64,000 bases of DNA from contig CM000208.1 of NCBI GenBank assembly GCA_000002445.1, forward strand, positions 3,808,001-3,872,000. The letters are read 5' to 3'. Under the pieces are notes generated by a model, which saw only the letters and a program-made list of their open reading frames with translations, had not been told where the DNA came from and made no database searches. Both the position numbers and the translations under genes were made by a program. This DNA is from Trypanosoma brucei (Eukaryota). This document shows positions 1 through 9,834 of the stretch, one piece after another (position 1 is the stretch's first letter; every line of letters starts with the position of its first letter).

Positions 1-2142
1 GATGCTTCGCCGAGTGAGAAGAAGCAAAGCGAGGGTGGACAATTGAAGGGATCCAACAGTGGAACGGCGGCGGGTAATAGTCAAGAAGCCGGTGACACCA
101 CAAAGGAAGGGACTCTCCACAGCTGGGATGTGATATCTGCTGTTCATCAGCGAAAGGCAGTTGGGGCAGTGACGTGGGGTGTAGGCGCGGCCGCCCGTCC
201 GGTGTCCATGCACAAACAATCCGTCTCAAAAGAATCATCAAACACGACGATGAAGCTATCTCGGGGAAGACAGCACGGTGGCGCTACGAGGCGCCGTAGT
301 GCGGGCACCGGCAAATCGTTTAACGTCACTCCAGCCTCATCAGCACCCGATTCGTGGCGTAGCGGTGCAGATGGAAAGCCGAAGTCATCGCCATCGAAAC
401 GGAGACTGTCACTGGAGGGGGGGCCGGGAACGGGCGGAACTAGTTTCACTTCGCCCTCGAGAGGTATGAGGCTTTTCTCGATAACCCCTGAGGTGCGGGA
501 GCAGCCACGTTACTTCGCGTACTATCTCTGTGATTGGGCTCTTCATACCACCTTACTGCTGCACGCACCATATCCGTCAATGAGAATGATAGAGACCCTC
601 CTGCACCTCATGGACAATCGGGCTCCCCTCAGTGCATCCGCGATACACATGTTCCTCGCGGCCTCGCGCCCAATGAATCACTGGTCCTCTGGCGAAGGTG
701 AACATATCACACTTAACTACACCACGCCCACACACGGTGATACGATTCTGCATCTTCTGGTGCAGAACCACCAGATACAATTGGCACGGTACTTCCTCGC
801 CGCGGCGCACTGCTTCTTCGCCTGCTACCAATACGACCAGCCGTCTACCGTTCCGCCGAACTTCCCGGTGAGCAGCGAGAGGGGGACCTGTGGAGACACA
901 GTAGACAGTGACTCTAGATATCCTGCCGTGTTCTTGCGAAGCATGCTGCGCACAAATAAACATGGGCTGACAGCTTTTGATTATGCCCGGGGGATGATGG
1001 TGTCGGTACTACAAGAATACGGATGTGTTCCACCAACCTACCGCCCCAACCCCCGTGAGTTTTGCCACACCGTTCGGCTCGTTGATGGCATGAGTACCTT
1101 CCAAAGAGTTCCTCAGCTTCTTCTTGTCTCCCCAGACTTTGTGAAACTGCGTGACAACGTGCGCACAAATACAAAGCAGCAAGACCCGTCGGTCAAACCA
1201 GTTATCACAGACGCCACGATACAACGGAATCAAGCAGCTGCACTCCGCATCACACGGTCACATATCCTCACCACCATCCTTGCAGATGATGTTAGCTTGC
1301 TGCACCTTGGCCTCTGTGCTGCGGATGACGAGCTCGTGCTTGAAAATATTGAACGTAGAAGAAGAAAAAGAGCAGCTGAACTTTACCATCCTGCTGCTGC
1401 TTCAGGACGAAGCATGTCAAGTCCGCGAGGGCCCTCAATACGGGACCAGCAAGGTGGCAACCAAAGGTTAACTCGCCTTCCGCACATCGGCGGCGCAGCA
1501 GAAACTGCTGCTCGGACGAGTACCCCGGCCAGTGGTGGTCGGAAGGTTGACAAGGAAATGCACAGCATGATGAAACTCATTGACTCTCTTCAAAAACGTG
1601 GTCTTGTTGTATTCCCGCTGCTACTACCCGCGACAGAAGATGACAAGAAACGCACGGCAGCAATACATAGCAATGATGGATTAGCCCTCCAACTGGCCAT
1701 GACACCTATGACCGTAGCACTCCAACAAGGTGCAGTTAAGCTCGAGGTGGCGACTGTAACTTCCCCCAACCCCACACAACAACAGCAGCAACAACACCGC
1801 AGTCCTGTAAGTGCTACCGAGCCCTTGGACAGCATGTACAACAATGACGTGCAGGACGCGACAATATCACCACGCTCGCTACAGCCTTACACGTTCCCAC
1901 CGAAAGACACCCCCAGACAGCACCCTGCCAATATGCTGGAGGCATGGTTAGCAAGCAGCAAAATGCAAAAGGGAGTGCACACCAAAGTAAGCCAGGAGCT
2001 ACATCAGAATACTCAGGCGATAATAAGAGTCATGGAAAAAGGAAACTGTTCTCGGTCAGCAAAACAAATCGGACTTACTGTGTCAATGCCGTACGAAATA
2101 CGCAACGAAGAAAGCACCACTAAAGAGTCATTCAGAAAATAA
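1..2142 (+). CDS. Hypothetical protein, 5'-truncated at the window edge, with possible ankyrin-like repeats.
   Basis: Frame 1 is open from base 1; the 43 start in the track is a TTG, so the real start is upstream. Ankyrin-like segments HGDTILHLLVQNHQIQLARYFL and NKHGLTAFDYARGMMVSVLQEYG. Gln-rich tract QQQQQQ near the C-terminus. Stop at 2140-2142. Confidence 0.5.
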   Translation, partial: DASPSEKKQSEGGQLKGSNSGTAAGNSQEAGDTTKEGTLHSWDVISAVHQRKAVGAVTWGVGAAARPVSMHKQSVSKESSNTTMKLSRGRQHGGATRRRSAGTGKSFNVTPASSAPDSWRSGADGKPKSSPSKRRLSLEGGPGTGGTSFTSPSRGMRLFSITPEVREQPRYFAYYLCDWALHTTLLLHAPYPSMRMIETLLHLMDNRAPLSASAIHMFLAASRPMNHWSSGEGEHITLNYTTPTHGDTILHLLVQNHQIQLARYFLAAAHCFFACYQYDQPSTVPPNFPVSSERGTCGDTVDSDSRYPAVFLRSMLRTNKHGLTAFDYARGMMVSVLQEYGCVPPTYRPNPREFCHTVRLVDGMSTFQRVPQLLLVSPDFVKLRDNVRTNTKQQDPSVKPVITDATIQRNQAAALRITRSHILTTILADDVSLLHLGLCAADDELVLENIERRRRKRAAELYHPAAASGRSMSSPRGPSIRDQQGGNQRLTRLPHIGGAAETAARTSTPASGGRKVDKEMHSMMKLIDSLQKRGLVVFPLLLPATEDDKKRTAAIHSNDGLALQLAMTPMTVALQQGAVKLEVATVTSPNPTQQQQQQHRSPVSATEPLDSMYNNDVQDATISPRSLQPYTFPPKDTPRQHPANMLEAWLASSKMQKGVHTKVSQELHQNTQAIIRVMEKGNCSRSAKQIGLTVSMPYEIRNEESTTKESFRK

Positions 2143-2351
2143 ATGTTCAAAACACACAAAAAAATGTAAACAAGCACTTACTAATTATCAAAATTAAAAA
2201 TCACATTTTCACAATAGAAACAAGTAACGGAAAAAAATGCTGAAAAATAAAAAATATACACCCAAACCTACAAAAACACTTTATCACTCTACAACAGACA
2301 GGAAGAAAAAAGACACCTAGTTTGTAAGGAATGTTGTGGCCTGGAAACACT

Positions 2352-2465
2352 GTCGCGCATGATGTGCTCAACTGGAATTACCATCTGAACGCGGGATACC
2401 GCAAGTCGATGAATTAATGCTACGTGCATTACCTCCGCTGTTACTCGTATCACTGACACCGCGAC
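2352..2465 (+). ncRNA. Candidate box C/D snoRNA, first in each repeat unit. Equivalent copies at +1208, +2416 and +3624.
   Basis: The 5' flank GTCGCG precedes a box C-like ATGATGT (2359-2365). Box D' CTGA is at 2385-2388, a C'-like GATGAA at 2409-2414 and box D CTGA at 2453-2456. The 3' flank CGCGAC (2460-2465) is the exact reverse complement of the 5' flank GTCGCG (2352-2357), giving the classic C/D terminal stem. Length is about 114 nt. Confidence 0.35.
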
Positions 2466-2495
2466 TGTTTCCTTTGTTTTGAGGCCCTCAGGGAA

Positions 2496-2580
2496 GCGCG
2501 TGATGACATACAAAGTTGTTTGCACATTTTCCGACACACCGTGAGCGAGTTACAATATTACAAGAACACCATCTGAATTT
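2496..2580 (+). ncRNA. Candidate box C/D snoRNA, second in each repeat unit.
   Basis: Perfect box C TGATGA at 2501-2506 (gcgcgTGATGAcat) and box D CTGA at 2573-2576 (caccatCTGAatt), 67 nt apart, which is a typical trypanosomatid C/D snoRNA size. No clear terminal stem. Confidence 0.3.
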
Positions 2581-3211
2581 TTGTCGACTCTACCCCTTCC
2601 TCCTTATTGGTGATGGCACAATGCATCTGTTCCCTTCTTTTATTTGGACCCTCTTCTTCCTACCCACTTACATACATGCACACACGTCTCTGTGTAAATG
2701 TATGCAGATATGTATACACACACACACTCTCTCTCTCTCCCGAATGCCGAGGCCTTTCTGTCTGTTCCCGGTCGGTGATTAGCAGTGCGTCTTCCACCTA
2801 ACGACCCTTGATGATTATGATACGATGCCTGGTCAACAGAACTATACTACACCAAATTTAGTAAATGAGACCACAGTGCAGGCAGAGGCTGGCAATCCTC
2901 GTCCGCCAGCAGCCGCCCCGGGCAGGATGGCGCCCGTGTCCCTGGCGTGACGTCTAATCGGTGCGGCGAGATGTGCTGACACTTTTGCGTCGCGTGATGA
3001 GGTGCAGAAGGCATGTCGCCGCTACGGCGGTGGCTCGCGTAGCCGTCTGGCTGTGCGCGTACTGTGAGCTACTGTACTCCATGGGTGAACAATCTCTGAT
3101 GACGTGTCACAGCGGGAGCAGTGTCGCTATGCGTTCCCGTCAGTAATACGGGCTAACGGTACGAAGCACGTGCGAGAGGTAAGTGGAAATCCGCTGCCTG
3201 TGAACACAGCA

Positions 3212-3300
3212 GGTACACATGATGCACACAATTCAATACTCACTCTGAACATCACTTGTCAGGAGGAATGTGATAACATGCACCACCAGCTGATCACATC
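3212..3300 (+). ncRNA. Candidate box C/D snoRNA, third in each repeat unit.
   Basis: Box C-like ATGATGC at 3219-3225, D' CTGA at 3245-3248, C'-like TGTGATAA at 3269-3276 and D CTGA at 3290-3293 (ccagCTGAtcac). Additional perfect TGATGA boxes at about 2809, 2995 and 3097 in the same unit lack an obvious CTGA partner. Confidence 0.25.
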
Positions 3301-6300
3301 CACGTGCATACATGCACACATGCCCTATCCCGCTTCCTTCACTTTTTCACACAGTCTGTGTGTCTGTGTGTCTGTGTGTGTGTGTGTACACCCGCATGTT
3401 TGTATACTTGTTTGTGACCATGCCAATGGACCCTTAATTACTCTATTTTTTTTTTCTCGTGGGCGGCTTTGAGACTGAGTGTGCGTCCTTAATACGCGAA
3501 CAACAAGCAAGGCCTCGTTGTTTGCTAGTTTGTAAGGAATGTTGTGGCCTGGAAACACTGTCGCGCATGATGTGCTCAACTGGAATTACCATCTGAACGC
3601 GGGATACCGCAAGTCGATGAATTAATGCTACGTGCATTACCTCCGCTGTTACTCGTATCACTGACACCGCGACTGTTTCCTTTGTTTTGAGGCCCTCAGG
3701 GAAGCGCGTGATGACATACAAAGTTGTTTGCACATTTTCCGACACACCGTGAGCGAGTTACAATATTACAAGAACACCATCTGAATTTTTGTCGACTCTA
3801 CCCCTTCCTCCTTATTGGTGATGGCACAATGCATCTGTTCCCTTCTTTTATTTGGACCCTCTTCTTCCTACCCACTTACATACATGCACACACGTCTCTG
3901 TGTAAATGTATGCAGATATGTATACACACACACACTCTCTCTCTCTCCCGAATGCCGAGGCCTTTCTGTCTGTTCCCGGTCGGTGATTAGCAGTGCGTCT
4001 TCCACCTAACGACCCTTGATGATTATGATACGATGCCTGGTCAACAGAACTATACTACACCAAATTTAGTAAATGAGACCACAGTGCAGGCAGAGGCTGG
4101 CAATCCTCGTCCGCCAGCAGCCGCCCCGGGCAGGATGGCGCCCGTGTCCCTGGCGTGACGTCTAATCGGTGCGGCGAGATGTGCTGACACTTTTGCGTCG
4201 CGTGATGAGGTGCAGAAGGCATGTCGCCGCTACGGCGGTGGCTCGCGTAGCCGTCTGGCTGTGCGCGTACTGTGAGCTACTGTACTCCATGGGTGAACAA
4301 TCTCTGATGACGTGTCACAGCGGGAGCAGTGTCGCTATGCGTTCCCGTCAGTAATACGGGCTAACGGTACGAAGCACGTGCGAGAGGTAAGTGGAAATCC
4401 GCTGCCTGTGAACACAGCAGGTACACATGATGCACACAATTCAATACTCACTCTGAACATCACTTGTCAGGAGGAATGTGATAACATGCACCACCAGCTG
4501 ATCACATCCACGTGCATACATGCACACATGCCCTATCCCGCTTCCTTCACTTTTTCACACAGTCTGTGTGTCTGTGTGTCTGTGTGTGTGTGTGTACACC
4601 CGCATGTTTGTATACTTGTTTGTGACCATGCCAATGGACCCTTAATTACTCTATTTTTTTTTTCTCGTGGGCGGCTTTGAGACTGAGTGTGCGTCCTTAA
4701 TACGCGAACAACAAGCAAGGCCTCGTTGTTTGCTAGTTTGTAAGGAATGTTGTGGCCTGGAAACACTGTCGCGCATGATGTGCTCAACTGGAATTACCAT
4801 CTGAACGCGGGATACCGCAAGTCGATGAATTAATGCTACGTGCATTACCTCCGCTGTTACTCGTATCACTGACACCGCGACTGTTTCCTTTGTTTTGAGG
4901 CCCTCAGGGAAGCGCGTGATGACATACAAAGTTGTTTGCACATTATCCGACACACCGTGAGCGAGTTACAATATTACAAGAACACCATCTGAATTTTTGT
5001 CGACTCTACCCCTTCCTCCTTATTGGTGATGGCACAATGCATCTGTTCCCTTCTTTTATTTGGACCCTCTTCTTCCTACCCACTTACATACATGCACACA
5101 CGTCTCTGTGTAAATGTATGCAGATATGTATACACACACACACTCTCTCTCTCTCCCGAATGCCGAGGCCTTTCTGTCTGTTCCCGGTCGGTGATTAGCA
5201 GTGCGTCTTCCACCTAACGACCCTTGATGATTATGATACGATGCCTGGTCAACAGAACTATACTACACCAAATTTAGTAAATGAGACCACAGTGCAGGCA
5301 GAGGCTGGCAATCCTCGTCCGCCAGCAGCCGCCCCGGGCAGGATGGCGCCCGTGTCCTTGGCGTGACGTCTAATCGGTGCGGCGAGATGTGCTGACACTT
5401 TTGCGTCGCGTGATGAGGTGCAGAAGGCATGTCGCCGCTACGGCGGTGGCTCGCGTAGCCGTCTGGCTGTGCGCGTACTGTGAGCTACTGTACTCCATGG
5501 GTGAACAATCTCTGATGACGTGTCACAGCGGGAGCAGTGTCGCTATGCGTTCCCGTCAGTAATACGGGCTAACGGTACGAAGCACGTGCGAGAGGTAAGT
5601 GGAAATCCGCTGCCTGTGAACACAGCAGGTACACATGATGCACACAATTCAATACTCACTCTGAACATCACTTGTCAGGAGGAATGTGATAACATGCACC
5701 ACCAGCTGATCACATCCACGTGCATACATGCACACATGCCCTATCCCGCTTCCTTCACTTTTTCACACAGTCTGTGTGTCTGTGTGTCTGTGTGTGTGTG
5801 TGTACACCTGCATGTTTGTATACTTGTTTGTGACCATGCCAATGGACCCTTAATTACTCTATTTTTTTTTTCTCGTGGGCGGCTTTGAGACTGAGTGTGC
5901 GTCCTTAATACGCGAACAACAAGCAAGGCCTCGTTGTTTGCTAGTTTGTAAGGAATGTTGTGGCCTGGAAACACTGTCGCGCATGATGTGCTCAACTGGA
6001 ATTACCATCTGAACGCGGGATACCGCAAGTCGATGAATTAATGCTACGTGCATTACCTCCGCTGTTACTCGTATCACTGACACCGCGACTGTTTCCTTTG
6101 TTTTGAGGCCCTCAGGGAAGCGCGTGATGACATACAAAGTTGTTTGCACATTTTCCGACACACCGTGAGCGAGTTACAATATTACAAGAACACCATCTGA
6201 ATTTTTGTCGACTCTACCCCTTCCTCCTTATTGGTGATGGCACAATGCATCTGTTCCCTTCTTTTATTTGGACCCTCTTCTTCCTACCCACTTACATACA

Positions 6301-7258
6301 TGCACACACGTCTCTGTGTAAATGTATGCAGATATGTATACACACACACTCTCTCTCTCTCTCCCGAATGCCGAGGCCTTTCTGTCTGTTCCCGGTCGGT
6401 GATTAGCAGTGCGTCTTCCACCTAACGACCCTTGATGATTATGATACGATGCCTGGTCAACAGAACTATACTACACCAAATTTAGTAAATGAGACCACAG
6501 TGCAGGCAGAGGCTGGCAATCCTCGTCCGCCAGCAGCCGCCCCGGGCAGGATGGCGCCCGTGTCCCTGGCGTGACGTCTAATCGGTGCGGCGAGATGTGC
6601 TGACACTTTTGCGTCGCGTGATGAGGTGCAGAAGGCATGTCGCCGCTACGGCGGTGGCTCGCGTAGCCGTCTGGCTGTGCGCGTACTGTGAGCTACTGTA
6701 CTCCATGGGTGAACAATCTCTGATGACGTGTCACAGCGGGAGCAGTGTCGCTATGCGTTCCCGTCAGTAATACGGGCTAACGGTACGAAGCACGTGCGAG
6801 AGGTAAGTGGAAATCCGCTGCCTGTGAACACAGCAGGTACACATGATGCACACAATTCAATACTCACTCTGAACATCACTTGTCAGGAGGAATGTGATAA
6901 CATGCACCACCAGCTGATCACATCCACGTGCATACATGCACACATGCCCTATCCCGCTTCCTTCACTTTTTCACACAGTCTGTGTGTCTGTGTGTCTGTC
7001 TGTGTGTGTGTACACCTGCATGTTTGTATACTTGTTTGTGACCATGCCAATGGACCCTTAATTACTCTATTTTTTTTTTCTCGTGGGCGGCTTTGAGACT
7101 GAGTGTGCGTCCTTAATACGCGAACAACAAGCAAGGCCTCGTTGTTTGCTAGTTTGTAAGGAATGTTGTGGCCTGGAAACACTGTCGCGCATGATGTGCT
7201 CAACTGGAATTACCATCTGAACGCGGGATACCGCAGGATGATGTCTTGAAACTATACT

Positions 7259-7289
7259 CTTTTCCTGCGCCTTTTTATTTTTCTCTTAG
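7259..7289 (+). promoter_or_regulatory. Polypyrimidine tract plus AG: putative trans-splice acceptor region for the downstream gene.
   Basis: tttcctgcgcctttttatttttctcttAG lies immediately upstream of the ATG at 7308. This is the standard kinetoplastid spliced-leader addition signal architecture. Confidence 0.4.
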
Positions 7290-7307
7290 TGTTTATTTAT
7301 TATTCTG

Positions 7308-8861
7308 ATGTCTGGAGAAAACTTGAATAAATCGATGAGTGCTGAAAGGGTTGCTGGGTCGTTGTCCGTAGGTCATGGCGTAGATCATGGTTCTCGTAAA
7401 CGAGCTCGTTCTATTTGTTTGAAGCAAAATTTTTCTCGACTTTTGTACCAGATGGTTATTCGTCAGCTGCATCATGATGGTTTTCTTGCTGCTGCATCCG
7501 CTGTCGCAGACGCTACTAACGTTGTTGTTCCGAGGCTGGAGGAAAATGCTGATCGATTGTCGAAGGTGGTTAGTTGGGGTCTCGCTGTGGAGGAGAGCAG
7601 TGTGGTTGAAATTGAGAACTTCTTCAAATTTGAAGTTGTTGAGCGATATTTGAGTGCATCGAGGGTATATATGCCGCTACACCTATCAGAGAGTGCAAGG
7701 GTGGGATCCATGGCGTATCGTATGCGAGAGCGTTTTATTACCTCATCTCTAGGTGGTGTTGTTCGACGTCTGGCATTTTCTTCGGATGGTTCGCTTATTG
7801 CATGTGGGGGAACTGATGGTCTGTGTGCCATTTTTTCTTTGAATACAATTGAGGATCTCAGTGCCCTTGAAGAAGTGCGGCAGGAGCAGCACTTTAACGG
7901 ACTTGATGGGAGTAACCCTAGTAATATTGGGGTGGGCAACGCAAGCAACAAAATTACGGAGCTCGCTGAGGCCCGTCGCTTTCATGAACACACGCACTCT
8001 GTGGAGGCTATTTCCTTTCATCCAACCAAGCAGCTTCTTGTCACTGGAGGTTTCGAGGGAGATTTGTACATTCGTGACTACAGTCAACCAGACAACCACG
8101 TTGTACACAAATTACGTGATGCTTTTCCTGTACGTTCCGCCGTTTTTCATCCCTCTGGAGAATACGTGCTGTACGCTACAGATCACACCACGCCAAGGCT
8201 TCTGAACCTCCGGAGTGGATCAGTGGTGGCCCCTGTGGCACACTCCGATAACGCTGCAGCAACCTGCGTAACCGCGATGGCAGGAGGAAAGGGAGTAGCT
8301 CGTGGTGCTTCTCAGAGGAAAGGCTGTGACGCAGGCCACGCGGCTGCTCTATGTGACGTGGATTTTTCTCCCGACGGCCGGACCTTCGCCTCATGCGGTC
8401 TAGACGGATCACTGATTGTGTATGACGGAGTCAGTAGTCGCATTGTGGCGAAGGTAAACAATGCACACTCAAGTGTTCCGGTAACCAGCGTAAAATTTAG
8501 TCGAACTGGTAATATTCTCCTCACCGCGGGCATGGACTCAGTTGCTCGGCTGTGGGACCTGCGGCGTGGGGATGGTGGGTGGGGCTGTACAGAAGTTATG
8601 TCGTTCGGCGAGCCTGGAAAATGTAATCACCGCAGCTTCCGTGCTTCTTTCAGCTGCAACGAAAGCCACGTCCTCTCCCAGGACACTTCCCTGTTTGCCA
8701 TTCACGCACACTGCGTCTACACAGGGGATACCTCATACACACTTACGGTGCCCAACCACATGCAGCGGGGCTTTGCCCCTGCGCCTTTTAGTAATGTAGT
8801 CGTTAGCGGTGGCGACGACTCACGTATGCGGCTATGGACACCGGCATGGACCACGGCGTGA
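7308..8861 (+). CDS. CSTF50: WD40-repeat protein resembling cleavage stimulation factor 50-kDa subunit (CstF50).
   Basis: N-terminal segment LYQMVIRQLHHDGFLAAASAVADAT resembles the CstF50 dimerisation domain (human [21 protein letters not shown], recalled from memory). Several WD repeats follow, e.g. LLTAGMDSVARLWDLRRG and VVVSGGDDSRMRLWT. ATG verified at 7308. Confidence 0.6.
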   Translation: MSGENLNKSMSAERVAGSLSVGHGVDHGSRKRARSICLKQNFSRLLYQMVIRQLHHDGFLAAASAVADATNVVVPRLEENADRLSKVVSWGLAVEESSVVEIENFFKFEVVERYLSASRVYMPLHLSESARVGSMAYRMRERFITSSLGGVVRRLAFSSDGSLIACGGTDGLCAIFSLNTIEDLSALEEVRQEQHFNGLDGSNPSNIGVGNASNKITELAEARRFHEHTHSVEAISFHPTKQLLVTGGFEGDLYIRDYSQPDNHVVHKLRDAFPVRSAVFHPSGEYVLYATDHTTPRLLNLRSGSVVAPVAHSDNAAATCVTAMAGGKGVARGASQRKGCDAGHAAALCDVDFSPDGRTFASCGLDGSLIVYDGVSSRIVAKVNNAHSSVPVTSVKFSRTGNILLTAGMDSVARLWDLRRGDGGWGCTEVMSFGEPGKCNHRSFRASFSCNESHVLSQDTSLFAIHAHCVYTGDTSYTLTVPNHMQRGFAPAPFSNVVVSGGDDSRMRLWTPAWTTA

Positions 8862-9834
8862 AATATTGTCCCCTTGGTGGCCCAGTAACTTCAAACTAGT
8901 TCTGCTTTTTAATGGCGGAAAGGAACGACAAACTCTTGTGGATTCCTCTTGCCTGGAGCCTCGATCAAGTGACAGAGCGTCGTTGAAAAGGAGGAAACAA
9001 AGGGGAGGGCGGTTGAATCTTACATCTGGGATCTGCATTCGATGCCATTTGTGGACCTCTGTTGAGCCATGCTTCGTTAGAGCCAACAAGGCCCAAAAGT
9101 TGCAACCGTTACAGGAGACACGTGTATCATGTTGTGAATCGGTTTCGTATGATTGACCGCGCTGGTGGCATAACGATTTCAGGTCCCCCTCTTTTATTAT
9201 TCTTAAATCATTTTCACGCGCGCACATTGCTTCCACTTGCGGGCGGGGGTTATGCATTTCATCAAAATGGGCAGTCTGCTTCTGATTAAATTTCAACTGA
9301 TCGTTATCTTGTTCTCTTCTTATGTGTTTTCGCTGATTACCCTTCGTCTTCATCGTGAATTCCTCACCCGTCCTACAAAGGACGGAAAGCAAGGCCAGTG
9401 GGAGAAGGTAGGGTCAAACCTTGAAGATAAGTTCATAATTATCCGCCTAGCAAAAGAAAGGGGAAACAGGCCAGTGTGAAAGGGGAGTGAGGGAAGCTGC
9501 AGCAGTGCTCGCTCCCTTCCTCTCTTCTGTTGAAGCTACTGGCCGCCGCGGGGCGTCGAGGTGTTTCGTGGGGGAGGCGAAGGGAAAGGGAAAAGAGGTT
9601 TAGTTAGTCCCTGCAAGAAGCAGGGGCTCATTGCTATTCACTGTGCCACTTCTCTGGGGGTGGGGCACGGCAGCTGTGACTTTCGGAAGTAACCAAAGGA
9701 AAGCTGGTGCATTAATAACGGCACGTAGAAGTACAACACGGGGAGGAATCTTTTTGCTGTCTGGAGTGCGACCCAAGGCAATTTCGTGTATACAGTAGGT
9801 AATTCCTGACGTATCCTTTTGATACCTGTAAATT

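Larger units (their letters stand above)
2307..7235. repeat. Tandem array of about 4.08 copies of a 1208-bp non-coding unit. Copies are >99% identical and the last copy is truncated.
   Basis: The ORF-track artefacts recur at exactly +1208 (2516, 3724, 4932, 6140; 2537, 3745, 4953, 6161). Identity starts at about 2307 (ctagtttgtaagg) and ends at 7235 (gggataccgca, then g instead of a). Each unit carries (CA)n/(TC)n and (GT)n-like microsatellites. Only isolated SNPs separate copies, e.g. cacattAtccg in copy 3 and cacaCtgcatg in copies 3 and 4. Confidence 0.95.

Noticed and set aside
2289-7203. Recurrent 61-122-aa ORFs (MFAHFPTHRE..., MSQREQCRY..., MSENVQTTLY...) in the 1208-bp array.
   Set aside because: They are low-complexity, microsatellite-derived, and present on both strands in every copy. 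They are not coding; the array is interpreted as a non-coding snoRNA cluster.
2307-7235. Possibility that the tandem array is a spliced-leader RNA or 5S rRNA gene array.
   Set aside because: I could not find the conserved 39-nt spliced-leader sequence or 5S rRNA-like sequence in the unit. The 1208-bp period also differs from the known SL and 5S repeat sizes.
8832-9392. A 186-aa minus-strand ORF in the spacer after the CstF50-like gene.
   Set aside because: It is the only sizeable minus ORF in an intergenic region. Its composition is unremarkable, it has no domain, and it is on the opposite strand to the whole transcription unit. Most likely a chance ORF.
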